64,000 nt of DNA from Eledone cirrhosa (Eukaryota). A program made the position numbers and the translations under genes. Where the stretch lies: contig CAXHJY010000134.1 in NCBI GenBank assembly GCA_964016885.1, forward strand, positions 31,800 to 95,799. Direction: 5' to 3'. Under the pieces are notes generated by a model. It saw only the letters and a list, made by a program, of their open reading frames with translations. It did not search any database and was not told the DNA's origin. Positions 39,152-52,078 of the stretch are shown here, in pieces. Every line of letters begins with the position of its first letter. The first letter of the stretch is position 1.

Positions 39152-40544
39152 GTTATTTCTTCAGTAGAACGTCGATGACAACAATCGTATCTTTAATGTT
39201 GCAAAATACTTCGACTAGCATGGAGCCATTTTGACTGAATTTCCCGCCTATCTGCTTTATCCTTTTCCTATGATGTATTGGATATGTATTGGATAGAGGC
39301 CTTCTTCTCCCAAGGATCCATCGTAGCATTCATTGACGATACTCTCTATTTCACAGTATATCATTGTGTTGTATCTTAGAGATTAACCTCTACATTAATT
39401 ATCATTAATCTATATAATGCTTTTAACCAAACACACCCACGGCTGTTGTCACACTCACACCCAATAGCACATGTATAATTAAGACCAATGAATGATTCTA
39501 CAATATTCATCTACTACTATGTAACTACCATACATCTCCCAGACTTACTATTTCTCGTGATATTCCCCTTCTCATGGTCTCGGCACTCATATATTTTAAT
39601 AGTGCATCCTCAGATATATAATTTCCTTGAAGTCTTGACTTACCTAACTTTTCCTCTCAATAAACAAAAACAAATAACAAACAAAAATACATAAAAAAAC
39701 AAACAATCAAAAACCAAAGAAGCCGATCAAAAATTCTTTAGGGAATTAAAGTGTCCATCCAGAATGTTCTGAAGTCCTTCATATTATCAAAGCATGGCGA
39801 CGGACCTATCCTTTCATCTTGATTGTTGCAAATATCCTTCAATTAAGCTTATTAATCAGTTATATTTTACTACTACTACTATTGTAGAAGATAGGAAAGA
39901 AGGGCACTTCATATGTCTTTAAAAAAATCAGGCATATTTAATCTTTTTTATTCCAAACCGCCTGAAACTTCCCTGAATTTATGACATAAGATTGTTCATT
40001 TTAGAATGTTTATCTTCATATTAAAGACTTTCATCATCTTTTTATTAAAAAAATTCTCAAGTAATGTTCTAAATGTCAATTTACTAATGAACAACTTGAT
40101 TATTAAATTTTTGCAAATTTTTGGTTATTTTAAATATTTAATGGAACACACAGTCAGTGTATTTCATTAAAAAATATGGTAATGAACGGGTTAATGGTTA
40201 ATCATTGAAACGTTGGAAAATGTGTTCCCTTGAAACATTCATATTTCAATGAATGGTTCAAGATAGAAAAAAAGAAGACAAACAGAGAACAGTTACACAA
40301 CGTTTTATTAATTTCATGCTTGTGGGAAAAGGAAAAAATGTCTCAACGTATCGAACATTAGTCTTTTATCAGGAGAAAGTAAAGTTAGGGCAGAGAGGAG
40401 GTTGAAAAGTAAAAAAAAAAAAAGAAGGAAAATATCAGCTTACAAACATTTAACCCCCGATTTTAGCTATTTGTTAGTACTTACCTTTTCTACAGTAAAA
40501 CTTGCTTTTCAAATCTGATAGTCTTATAAATCTTATAGATAATA

Positions 40545-40710
40545 TTAATTTCTAATTTAGGTATAAGGTCAGCAAATATGATTTAAAAAAACCCAAGTAC
40601 TTGACTGATACTTTATTTAACTGACATCGGAATGATAAAAGGCAAAGTTAACCTCGGCAGGATTTGAACGCATTGTTAAGGGCCATAACAAGTACTGCAA
40701 TGGCATTCTA
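40545..40710 (-). mobile_element. Degenerate tRNA-derived SINE
   Basis: GGCAAAGTTAACCTCGGCAGGATTTGAAC core. Confidence 0.65.
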
Positions 40711-40844
40711 TCTACCTATTCTGACAACCCCCATTCCTTCCTCCAATGTTGCAATTAATTTTTTTTAAATGATTCTCTTCCAACCTCCCTTTAGTCTTTT
40801 ATATATATGTATATGTTTATATATGAGTGTAAGTGAACGCACCA

Positions 40845-41130
40845 TCATCAAATTGTTAAAAAGTTTGCTTTACAATAATTAGGTCCTGGTTTCGATCCCA
40901 CTACGTGGAATCTTAGGCAAGTATCATTTACCATAGTCTTAGATCAACCCATATCTTGTGAGTGAAAAGGGGTCAACGGAAATTATTTGGAAGCCCGTCG
41001 GGTATACTGTACTTAAAATTCAAAGGGTCAACCTTGCTGCACACAGTGTCCTACTAAATCTCCACGAGACCTTTATTAAGGGTATATGTCTGTGTGGAGT
41101 ACTCAGCCACTTGCACGCTTATTTCATGTG
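40845..41130 (+). mobile_element. Second, older SINE family (tRNA/CORE-like)
   Basis: GGTTTCGATCCCACT box B, CTTAGGCAAGT CORE-like motif and GAAGCCCGTCG. Related reverse pieces at 41775-41935 and 51600-51740. Confidence 0.55.
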
Positions 41131-41226
41131 AAACCGACGGATGTCCATTTCACATGAGCGTAACGGATCTTCCGTTGGTTTCGACGATGGATGTTCCAGT
41201 TGGTCAATCAACATTCATTGTATAAT

Positions 41227-41411
41227 AGTTTCTACTTTCTGCACAAGGCCAGCAATTATCCCAGTGTATTACTGGTACTTTATTTTATCGACCCCGTAAG
41301 GATGAAAGGTAGAGTTCACCTCGGCGGGAATTGAACTCAGACCATAAAGGGCCGTAACTTTTTGCTGTAAAGCATGGCGTCCGACCCTCTACTGATACTG
41401 CCAATCCACCG
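41227..41411 (-). mobile_element. tRNA-derived SINE (short variant) with 10-bp TSD
   Basis: TSD ATTGTATAAT at 41217-41226 and 41412-41421. Confidence 0.85.
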
Positions 41412-41774
41412 ATTGTATAATGTAAGTACGAGAGCCATATAATCTGCCAACAGATCATGGATGTTCCTGACTCCAGAACTTGATTCAGATCTATCTACAT
41501 CGAAACTGCTTTATCTCATTTGGTAGATATCCATATAATCTGTATTCTTATACTGGTTTCAGTAATTAAAACTGCGATCATGCTGGAGTACCGCATTGAA
41601 AGGATCTAGTCGATCGCACCAATCCCAGTATTTATAATTTTCAAACCTAATACTTATTTTATCATTCTCCTTTTGTCAAACTGCTAAGTTGTGAGACATA
41701 AAGAAATAGTAAACGTTAAACACACGCACTCTCTTTCTCTCACGCGCATACACATACACACACATATATACATA

Positions 41775-41935
41775 TTGTGGGCTTCTACACAGGTTATGTC
41801 GACCAAATTTCACTCACAAGGCATTGGTCAACTTTTGACTATACTAGACGACACACGCCCAAGATGTCAATGAGTCGGGCCGAGCTCGAAACCACGTAGT
41901 TTCAAAGCAAACTTTTTAACTACAGAGCCATACCT
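41775..41935 (-). mobile_element. Older CORE-like SINE copy
   Basis: Reverse-complement similarity to 40845-41000. Confidence 0.5.
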
Positions 41936-41974
41936 ACACTTATAGCGCAAAATAAATATTCCGATTCAGAGTTA

Positions 41975-42143
41975 CCGTATTTCCCGGTGTCGAAGACACT
42001 ACTTTTCCCCCTAAAATAAATCTCAAAAATCTACCATGCGTCCTGGAGGTCGAAGGGTGTTTATTATTTTTTTTCAAATTTTTGATTGTCAAAATTAGGG
42101 TGCGTCCTGGAGGACGAAGCGTCTTCGGCGCCGGGAATTACGG
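41975..42143. mobile_element. Tc1/mariner-type MITE
   Basis: TIRs CCGTATTTCCCGGTGTCGAAGAC / GTCTTCGGCGCCGGGAATTACGG with TA on both sides. Confidence 0.85.
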
Positions 42144-42449
42144 TAATTATCTTAATTTTTTAGGAATTGCTGAATGTAGCAAGAAGTTGAACAGCACAAT
42201 CAAATGTTTTCCAATACTTGAAACATATCTCCGGCTTTGCTGATATAAATTACTTGTAAGACGCAATGATTCTAGTATTGACTCATAACATCTGATGGTG
42301 TCACATGGATATGTAGTCACAGTGATATGTAGTGTCTTGGCCACTTTAAACTTGGTAGAATTCATCCTCTCTCCATGTCTGAACAGACGATTTCTTCCAA
42401 AAAGGTAGAAAGAGTGGCAGAGAGGAAGTGAGAAAGAGATATAGAGGAG

Positions 42450-42612
42450 GAATCGACCGTAGTACTGGATCGTTACTTTATTTTTAACGAACCCCCGAAA
42501 GGATGAAAAGCAAAGTTTTCCTCGGCAGGTTTCGAACCCAATGAACAAAGAACCAGAATGAATACCGCAAAGCATTCTATTCGACGTTTCAACGAATCCT
42601 CGTCCACCACGC
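42450..42612 (-). mobile_element. Degenerate tRNA-derived SINE
   Basis: CCCCGAAAGGATGAAAAGCAAAG..CCTCGGC core. Confidence 0.6.
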
Positions 42613-42909
42613 AATGATTATAATTATCATAATAATTATAGTTCCCAAATCATAATCTCCAGTTTCGTATCTCTATCCACTTGCGTCTCCATTATGACTT
42701 TGATGACTATACAGTTTTCTTGGAGTCAAGACTAGATTAACCATTAAAAAAAAGCACATACATAGCGCATGAAGGGAAGAAGGGCACCATTTAATTCAAA
42801 TTAAATGTATTTGTCATTCCAAATTTTTGTTGTAGTCTTTATATATGGGGGCATCATTTTCTTCAAATCAAATGTCATTGCAAAAATAATTTTTTTCAGA
42901 TTTTATATA

Positions 42910-43057
42910 CCGTATTTCTCGACGTCGAAAACTTTACTTTTTTCCTAAAATAAGTCTTAAAAATCTACCATGCGTCCTGGAGGCCGAAGGTTGTTTTGGT
43001 TGTCAAAATTAGGGTGTGTCCTCGAGGACGAAGCGTCTTCGGCGCCAGGAAATACGG
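42910..43057. mobile_element. Second copy of the Tc1/mariner-type MITE
   Basis: Same TIRs and interior as 41975-42143, with a deletion. Confidence 0.8.
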
Positions 43058-43074
43058 CATTTCTTAATGTCCAT

Positions 43075-43400
43075 GGGCAACCTCTTGCCCGTTGGTGTCA
43101 ATGATTTCTCACATCCTCCTTTTCCATTGAAACCGGTCCTGTGCTTGTTTGGCGGCGGTTTCCAGAATTGTGCGATACCAGTTTGCGATGTCCTACCATC
43201 GTCTTGCCGGGCGATCCCTCTTCTATTTGCCATCTGTGGCTCCGAGGAACACCGTTTTTATCAGACGGTTGCACAGCATGCGACAGATGTAGCCAAAATG
43301 TCCAAATTTCCTTAGCCCTCATCTTGGCTGAATGTGTCCCATGACTTCTGTGTTGTTGACATGATCGTACCACCTGATGTTCAGCACATATCAGGGTAAT
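43075..43400 (-). pseudogene. RTE LINE C-terminal remnant
   Basis: Minus frame RWYDHVNNTEV..FGHFGYICRM..RLIKTV..RPARRW, with stops. Confidence 0.55.
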
Positions 43401-43458
43401 CTATCTTTTAAATGCTTAGGACATCAAAAAAGACTTAATCTGTACGGAAGCCCTAGAT

Positions 43459-43748
43459 CAGGCATGGGCAACCTTTTTCGAGAAGCGGACCATATGAGAT
43501 ATGACTCATCATCAGGCGGGCCGCAAGCGCTAATTTACATTCGTGCCCACATTAAAAAAAAGGCGGTAACTTAAGTTGTTTTGATTTGTTTCTTCAGAAT
43601 TCCTACACGTTGTTTTCTTTGATCGAAAAGATGATAGAAAGATAAATTACGATTGAAAGGTTAGGGTAAACAAATCAGAAAGATTTCACTTAGGTGACTT
43701 AGGCGAGCCATTCAGAAAGCTTCGAGGGCTACAGGTTGCCCACGACTG
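43459..43748. mobile_element. hAT (Charlie-like) MITE
   Basis: TIRs CAGGCATGGGCAACC / GGTTGCCCACGACTG and a perfect 8-bp TSD CCCTAGAT. Confidence 0.9.
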
Positions 43749-44416
43749 CCCTAGATGTAGCAGCTTGTTTACAATTCGGATGAAGATTTTGGTATCCAAA
43801 CTACCTATAAGTATTTTGCTTTCAATGACTCGCATGAAAGACAGAAACTAATCCAAATACCAACTTCTTAAAACAATTTTAAAACAGAAGGCTAAACATC
43901 GATTACATTCAGAATACATGATACAGCCAATAAAATAATAAACAGACAATATTTCTGAGTTAACAAAAAAATATTTTATTAAGCTTTAAACATGTTTAAT
44001 GTTTGTGAGAGAGAGATAAATATTTTGATGCTAACAGATGCCATTTTCTGGTATTGCTGAGTAAAACATATTTTTACTGACATGGTGTATTTAGTAACAA
44101 TGAGTCCCACAATAATGACCCTCGTATGTCGTTGTTCTATTTTATGTCATGATCAATGTTGGCTTTGTTGCACACTTAAGTATGGAAATAATATTCACTT
44201 ATAGCAGGCAATCATTTTTCAAGGTCAATGAGTAAGTGTATAAATGTTCAGAAATGTATGTAAGGAAGATTTTTCTGCAGAATTAGTACAAAATGTTTTG
44301 ATGCTTTATGTGGAAAAATATAAGTGGAACAAATTTTTATGAATAAAAGTTGTAAAAAATAATTATATATACATTTAGAATCGATATACTTGAAATGAAA
44401 TTTAAAAAGAATATTT

Positions 44417-44552
44417 TTACATATGTGTAGAATGCATAGAAGTATTTGCACGGTTACTTCGCCTATTTTTTGAGTCTAATTCGTCTGTTTCTTCGATGAC
44501 CGTATCTCTCATAGAATGAGCGCTGGAAATGCTGCTGAAGTAATTTGATCCG
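44417..44552 (-). CDS. Candidate terminal coding exon of an unidentified host gene
   Basis: Acceptor CTTTATTTTGCAG, a 44-codon open frame to TAA, and ~450 nt of repeat-free AT-rich sequence with AATAAA at ~43975. No homology recognised. Confidence 0.25.
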
Positions 44553-46547
44553 CTGCAAAATAAAGATTGTAAATTTTATTTCATTTTTCTATAACAATCT
44601 TCGCTTAATAATTTTTGGTACTGATAATTATAATGATTTAAAAGTGTATTTCTTAATGCATACTCATAGCTAATTCTGTGTTTCTGTCATATTTGATGGC
44701 TATATTAAAGCTTTCATTTGTATATTTCTCAGTGGATTGCGAACGATGTAGAAATCTTCTAGTGAGAATCCCAATAAAGACCGAAACTCGTGTCAAACAA
44801 TTCATATTTTTCAGTCTACGCAGAAATATGCAAATAAGATATTTTCATGTTCACACACACATACACACACACACATATTATATATATATATATATGTATG
44901 TGTGTATATGTTTACATAGACAATTATCGCAACTTCAGTTAAATCCTGTATTGTTTGTGTACAGATATATTGTATATTTCAGCAGCTGAGTGCACAATCT
45001 TTACATACATATAAGATTTGCACCAAGCAGCTGAAATAAATACATACACACACATATAGATTCCCAGGATACCTTGTGCATACACAGGTGATTTGAAGCT
45101 CTATTCAACATGCAAACATGGAAGGAAAGGCCCTTCTGGTTGCTTGACCTGGTAAGTGCACATAGACTAATTCCTCGTGCGATGATACATATAAGCATTG
45201 GACACTTTTTTGCATTTCAGATCAGTAACAAGTGGTTCCCTATCTTATATTGGTAATAGACAGCTCTCTTCCAAAGGTTTCAGGACCAAATGGCAGTGAA
45301 GATAGATGGATATCTCGTACTACAGCCACTGCGCTCATTTATGGATGACATTAACGCCATTTTGGGAATAAGGGAAGAAACAAAAACACCCTGACTGGAT
45401 GAGTTACTCCAGCAATGTTAACTGCGCAGTAAAGCTCCAAAATGTCTAACTTCAAAATTCAGGGTCACATTAAGGAATTCCGTTTTGAAATGAGAGAGAT
45501 CATAATTTCGATGATCAGGGATCAAGAAATTAAGAGCCTATATCGTATATATGCGATATTCCTAAATAACGCCAATAGTTTAAGGTGCAATGTTACCAAC
45601 ATAGCTTTTTGTCGAGATCCTTAAGGTCCTTTCTGAGTGTACAAAACACTTTTATCAAGAGCAGGGAAAAAATATATATTAGCAGGTTCCTACAAGAATG
45701 GGTTGGTCTCCCATCAAACTTTACAAAAGTCGAACTGTATAGCACTACTGCAAATGTTAACATCACTGGTGGAGTTTAATGTAGTAGAAGTTCGCTGCCA
45801 TATGATGCTATGAGATTCGGAGGATCCCACTAATTGGGTATCCCAGCCAAGAGTGTTGATAAGAAAAACAAATGGAGCATGAAAAGAATGTAAAAGAGGT
45901 AATAGATGTGGCACAGAACATACAAGGCATGACTGGGACGAACATAGAATAAATGGTTGTGTTGGACCACTGGATTTCCTGTGGTGTCGAGAAGAGTAGA
46001 CAGCAAGGACGGTACTACACTTTGACACAAGAAAGGTAGAAACAATTGTTACAATTGGACCAGCACTTTCCTTTTATCCACTTATTGTGTCTGACACACG
46101 AGTGGCAACGATTTACTCTCTGCAATGTAAAGGATTGAAGAGCGGGATAGCTCACCAAATATTGTTAGTGCTGAGGCGGGTGATGTAATTGAGTGAAAAC
46201 TGTTAAGAAAAGAAGTAGCTGGAAGTACCAACATATGAGAACAGGTCATTTCTAAAGAAAGGGAGGGGAAAAGTGAATTTAAATTAGGACATTGGTGGGT
46301 TTTTTAAGCTGTGTTCGTATGTATGATATTAAATAAAATCAAAGTTTTAGTGTTTTTCTTCGTCTTCAATATACATTTTGACATTACACTGATCCCTATG
46401 TAATGACAAAGAAACGCAGATTAGAGAATAGATCGATTTCTATACATGTGGAAGAGACAGAAATATTCTGGGGTAATTTGTTATTTATAAACAGCGAGTT
46501 CTCATTGTTAATGTAGCTGTGTTTTTTGTACCGAAAAAAAAAAACGG

Positions 46548-46652
46548 TTTATGAGTGTGACACTGTAATAGGATGATTTATGAGTGTGACACACTTTAAT
46601 AGGATGATTTATGAGTGTGACACACTCTAATAGGCCACATTTTAATAGGATG
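46548..46652. repeat. ~30-bp tandem repeat, about 3 copies
   Basis: TTTATGAGTGTGACAC(AC)TnTAATAGGATGA units. Confidence 0.85.
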
Positions 46653-46856
46653 ATGAAATATGAAGATTAATATAACAGCTTTAATTGAAAGCCTATTTTT
46701 GGTACCTTTAGTGGAAAATGTGCAAACCATTCTGTTTAAGAAGTAATGTTACCAACGCGTGCACACACGTTTTGTAATCAGTGCATAAAAGAAATTAAAG
46801 GATAGTTGCCTAAAATAATATAGTAATTAGTAGTTATATTTATTATACACTCAATG

Positions 46857-47055
46857 CAAGGGTGGTGGATTGGCAGTATCGGTAGAGCATCGGACACCAT
46901 GCTTTTCAGCATAGAGTTACGTCCCTTTACGGTCTGCGTTCAAATCCTGCCGAGGTTAACTTTGCCTTTCATCCTTACGGGGTCGATAAAATAAAGTACC
47001 AGTAACGTACTGGGGTCGATTTAATCAACTTTCCTCTCCCCACAAATTACTGGCT
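46857..47055 (+). mobile_element. tRNA-derived SINE (long variant) with 14-bp TSD
   Basis: TSD TTATACACTCAATG at 46843-46856 and 47056-47069. Confidence 0.9.
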
Positions 47056-48731
47056 TTATACACTCAATGATAAAGAAAACAACAACAACAAAAATTATGA
47101 AGTATGAGCATTACCTAATGATAAGAAAGAAAGAAAGAAAGAAGAAGAAGAAGAAGAACAACAACAACAATCATGACGGCGATGACGAAAACAAAAATAG
47201 ACAATGGTCTGTAATATGCAGTCGTGGGCGCCAGAGTATCTTTGTGTGTTAAGGACTTCGCTTTTGGGGAAAATGTCGTCTATCACCGCTTCCAATTGAT
47301 TCAAGATTAGTGAATAAAATTAAATAGTCTGAAACTGCGAAAGCCTGTCAAATGGACTGTACCTACTTTTGAGTAATAGACTCAATCATCACATGGTTCC
47401 AAAACACCACTTGGTCCTTGGCTATCTATAACGGAATTCACTTTATCGCACATTTTTGTTCCCTTTCTCACACCAGGTCACGGTGACTTTTCAAAAAGAT
47501 CATAGGAGCCGCCCTTCCACCTCTGACTAATCCATAAAAATGTGATTTTTAATTTCACAGAAGTTCTGGTTACAATCAAACAATCAATCAAAATTGATAG
47601 CCAAATGAGGTCATAGATACACAGCAAAAAGCATAATCTCCTCCCCCAATATTTACTAATCATCAGATAACACATGTATATCACCATCTCTCTCCCTGCC
47701 CGTTCATTAGTGTTGCTCAAACCCAACCTTTAAAGTTTTTCTTTCTACCTCTTTTACTGGGGGTTGTCAACGCATGTCCATAGAGTTGTGTTACAAGACA
47801 AAACGACTTCCTTTTCTGTCTTTTCACATTTGACTGAAGAGTTTTATAATTCGCAATATTTTCAACAATTTCTTTCCTAACACTCTAATTAATTTGATAT
47901 TCTGTATGTGGGAGACAAAGCATCTTTCTATAACCTTTCATTTCAAAGGCCATGATCTTTTCTTGCTTTCAGTAGCTAATATTCATAATTCAAATCCACA
48001 GACCACAGTTAAAATTATTGCTTCAATTTCTTTCCTAATTAGTTTGATGAAATGCAAAGCATCTTTTTATAACATTTAATTCTAAAGGCCACGGTTTTTC
48101 CTCACTTTCCGTGTTTCATATCTACGAATCAGATCCATATTATTAGTGTTCTTAACATTTTTCTTGCTACCTTACTATTTTTCCAAGTCGGATCTAATTT
48201 TGCCAAAGTCACAGTTGTTGTAATATTTCCTTCTTTGTAGAAAACTATGGTTATGAAAAAATCTAAACAAAGGCAGTATTTGGTGCATGATTATGAGAAT
48301 AGGCTTTGATATGATGGCTAACCTCAGACCGGCTAGTACATTTTCGTAAATTATTCATTACTTGTGTACCTATCCAAATGAGCAGATAATATACATTATC
48401 AGAGTAACAATAAACCTAATCAGCAAATAAAATAAGTTTTTCTAGATATTTTATCTGCAAAACTTCTAAGATTTATGACAACATCAATTTCTTTGATAAC
48501 GATTGATTCATTGCTCACTTTTCCTGAAACAAAATGTCAGATTTGAGACATTGTAGACTTTAGAAAAGCTCTTGATATGTTTGTAGATGAAAGGCAAAAT
48601 AGACGGCGGGATTTGAAGTCAGAATGTAAATAGCCAGAAGAAACATCGCAATGTCATTTTATAATATCAGATGCTCTGCCAATTCTACAAATCCACCGCT
48701 CTGTATATCTTATTAATATTATAGGCGAAGT

Positions 48732-48934
48732 GAGGGTGGTGAATTGGCAGTATCGGTAGACACCATGCTTTGAGTTACGGCCCTTTATGATCTGAGTTCA
48801 AATCTCGCCGAGGTAAACTTTGCCTTTCATCCTTACGGGGTCGATAAAATAAAGTACCAGTCACGCACTGGGGTCGATTTAATCGACTTTCCCCTCCCCA
48901 CATACTTGCTGGCCTTGTGCCTATATAACAAACA
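48732..48934 (+). mobile_element. tRNA-derived SINE (long variant) with 17-bp TSD
   Basis: TSD AATATTATA(G/A)GCGAAGT at 48715-48731 and 48935-48951. Confidence 0.9.
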
Positions 48935-49740
48935 AATATTATAAGCGAAGTTTCCATCTTGGCTCCCGGTAACGCATGAACCAAACCTGTGCAATGAATA
49001 AAACCTACGAACAGCAAATGCACACAAGCAAACTCCCTATTCAGCTGGTATGAATGAATAGATTTTAGAACATTTCCTCCTTTGTCTTATATTTGTATCA
49101 TGAATTTCAAATGAAAATATTCGAATGTTTTTGACAGAACGCAGCGTTCGTGTGACTGGCTGGCAAAATAACTTTTACAGTATTTATGATATCATAACTT
49201 TTACAGTTATGATATAGATTTTTCTCGTGGTTCAGTTCGTACACACTGAGATCAACAACGAGTGTGTATCTGTTAACTTTGACAATACCAATAATGCTAT
49301 GGTGTAACATAGCAGTTATGTAGAATATAGCACTGGTGTGAATATAGCAATGGCCAAAAGAATCTATACTATAAAGCTGACGGCCGTATGTAAGTAACAA
49401 ACTTTCCGCCAAGCGGCTGGACCAAACGGCTCCAAATTTGCACTCTAGATGTAACTTTTTTCAAGTAAGAAAGTGAGGGTATTTTTTGTGTACTGAATTT
49501 TGTTAAAAGATTAAAGACATTATTTAAATATTCACTTCTTTAAAGTTTTCAAATGTCAACACTTCCGGTTATACGACATTCCTAACGTCTTCAAGAACCA
49601 AAGTATCATCTTCCAGTTTTCTTTCGGTTGCAACGCTTTTCGAAATATTTACTTCTCCGTTCACAGATTGATTTTTTTAGTTTCAGAAGATCCCGTTAAG
49701 GGTGAAAGCAGCGATTCTTTGCTTAAACTTTAATCTGTTA

Positions 49741-49790
<50 letters not shown>

Positions 49791-49909
49791 GTGTACCGAT
49801 ATTTTTGCATACACAAAAACAAAATATAAACAAACGTATTTATTTCACGAAAGCACAGACCGCTTATCGTCATTGTTACTGCCGATATGCCACCCAAAAA
49901 GTCCTAGCC

Positions 49910-50070
49910 TGGCCGCAAGATTAAAGAGACTAAGCTTCACGATTACCATCAACAAAGCTCAGGGTCAAACCTTAAAAGTGGCTGGCCTTCATCTGGGAAA
50001 ACCAAGGTCAATTGTATGTAGGATGCACGAGAATGAGCTCGCCAAACAATCTCTTCATTTTTGCTCCTGA
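49910..50070 (+). pseudogene. Helitron PIF1-like helicase C-terminal fragment
   Basis: RLSFTITINKAQGQTLKVAGLHL matches the Helitron helicase motif (AFAMTINKAQGQTL). Confidence 0.75.
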
Positions 50071-50914
50071 GGGCCTAACAATGTAATTTATGTATTTTCT
50101 GTTACTTGGAATTTCCATTATGGTTGTACAAATTATTGTAAAGTTTGTTAAAAAATGTGTTCTCTGTTCAACCTTTATTGTTGTAACTATCAATTTTCTT
50201 TAACGTACTGGCTGAGAAAAGAAACCTACAATGAAAGAACATCTTAAAGTTTACCCAAGCCAAATGTATTTATTAACATTTCTATCTGCAAATTCTTAGC
50301 AAGCTTACTGGCGCTTTAGTATGGTATTCAATTCTCATATCGTTTTTGATTGATATGTTGCATATATCGCAGCTATTTATATGTTTTAAACATTAGATAA
50401 CGATTGCCGATGTATATTGTACGACAGAATTAGCTGGAAAATATTTTGAATGAACAAATAAAAGAGATATAAAAGAGAGATATTTGTTGGTTGGTTCCTT
50501 CGCGTATTACACGAAAAAAACGAAAAGTGACAATGTACAGGATTGGTATAAGAATATATCCAGTTTATTGATACTAATTTTATAACACCAAAGAAGAAGA
50601 AAGACATACCACGTATGCTAACAAACCTGACTGCTATTTCTAGCAGGTTGGGAATCAACCATAAGGGATTCTCTCTGCGAGTTCGTTGTCAGTGATGATC
50701 GTGTTTCGCGGCCTATGTCTCCGATTCCAACAGTGGTTTACACACACACACACACGAACACTCACACAGGCGCACACACACACACACACACTGTAAACAA
50801 GACAATGCATTCAATACAGACATTTTCTCTTCTGCGGGTCTTCTCTTATCATTTGTTAACCTTGGCGAAGCTGGGTACCTCAGCTAGTATATATATATTT
50901 CACACTCTACATGC

Positions 50915-51030
50915 AGCAAATTGGCAGAGTCATTAGAATGTCGGATAGAATATGCTATGATGTATTCGTTCCGGCTCTCAATGCTTTGAGTTCAAAACCC
51001 ACGGGTGTCAATTTTTCCTTTCATCCTTTC
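50915..51030 (+). mobile_element. Degenerate SINE 5' half
   Basis: TTGGCAGAGTCATTAGA..GAGTTCAAA..CCTTTCATCC. Confidence 0.55.
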
Positions 51031-52078
51031 TAGTACTAAGGTAGATTCTTTCTCTATATCTTTTTTCTCACTTTCTTCTCCCTCTTTCTGAGTTCAGACT
51101 TGAAAAAGGATGGGCTCCGGCAGGTTTAAAATGGCGATAAAACGCCGTCGTATGTCTTTACGGCACCCCCATATCTCTACCAGGAGTCACGGGTCCATAC
51201 ATACATTTCCACCCCTCTCTTTGTGGTGGCACTAACATAGCCAAGCCTTCCTGTTTCCCCGAAAAGCAGTAACTTTAAAAATGCCTTTCTTACCAATATC
51301 AATCTCTACAATAGCCACGATGGACCTCTACGTATTAACGTGTAAGTGGCTAAGTATTCCATAGACACGTAAGTGAAATTAGGACAGAATCTGTTAATTC
51401 TATTAAGAAAATAACGCCAAGGGATAGATTGGAAAAGGAGATGGGCGTCAGACTTGAAGAAGCTATAAGAAATGTCATGTAGCGAAAAGGTGTTTTAACA
51501 ATTTCTTCGATGTGAAACCCAATGGTTGCGCTATCTGAGCTAAAATAAAAATGGATCTCCTCATTAAAATATCATGTAGGTAAGTGAGTAGCTGGAGATT
51601 CGATAGACACGCGTACTCTTAAAGGAATAATCCGTGTGGCACAATGTGTGACAAGGCTGACCCTTTGAATTACATCCGACGAGCTTCCATACAGTTTTCC
51701 GCCTACCCAATGTCATTTACAAGGCTTGGATCAAGCCAATCCACTGACCTCGGAGGGATTAATAATAATTAATAATAATAATGGTTTCTTTATTATTTCA
51801 ATAATAATAATAATAAAGATTTCATTTATTGGCCACAAGGGCCGACATATAGGGGACAATACAAAAGACTGGGACAGTGGGGTTTTACAGAAAAATCGAG
51901 TAAACAATATGAATAAACAAAGTAACAATAAAGTAACAATAAAATTACAACAAGAAAAAATTCCCCAATAGGGGGGATGACCACCTAGGGTTCGCTCAGG
52001 TACCCCACCAGTCCTGAACGACCCGACGCTTCGAGAGCACCCTGGAAGGGCACCCCTCTCCTCTTCAAATTTACCTAC

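Noticed and set aside
46548-46652. CRISPR-like short repeats
   Set aside because: No unique spacers, no cas genes and a eukaryotic context; a simple tandem repeat.
45200-48580. Very decayed LINE RT remnants (e.g. DFRKALD near 48560)
   Set aside because: Too degenerate to assign boundaries or family with confidence.
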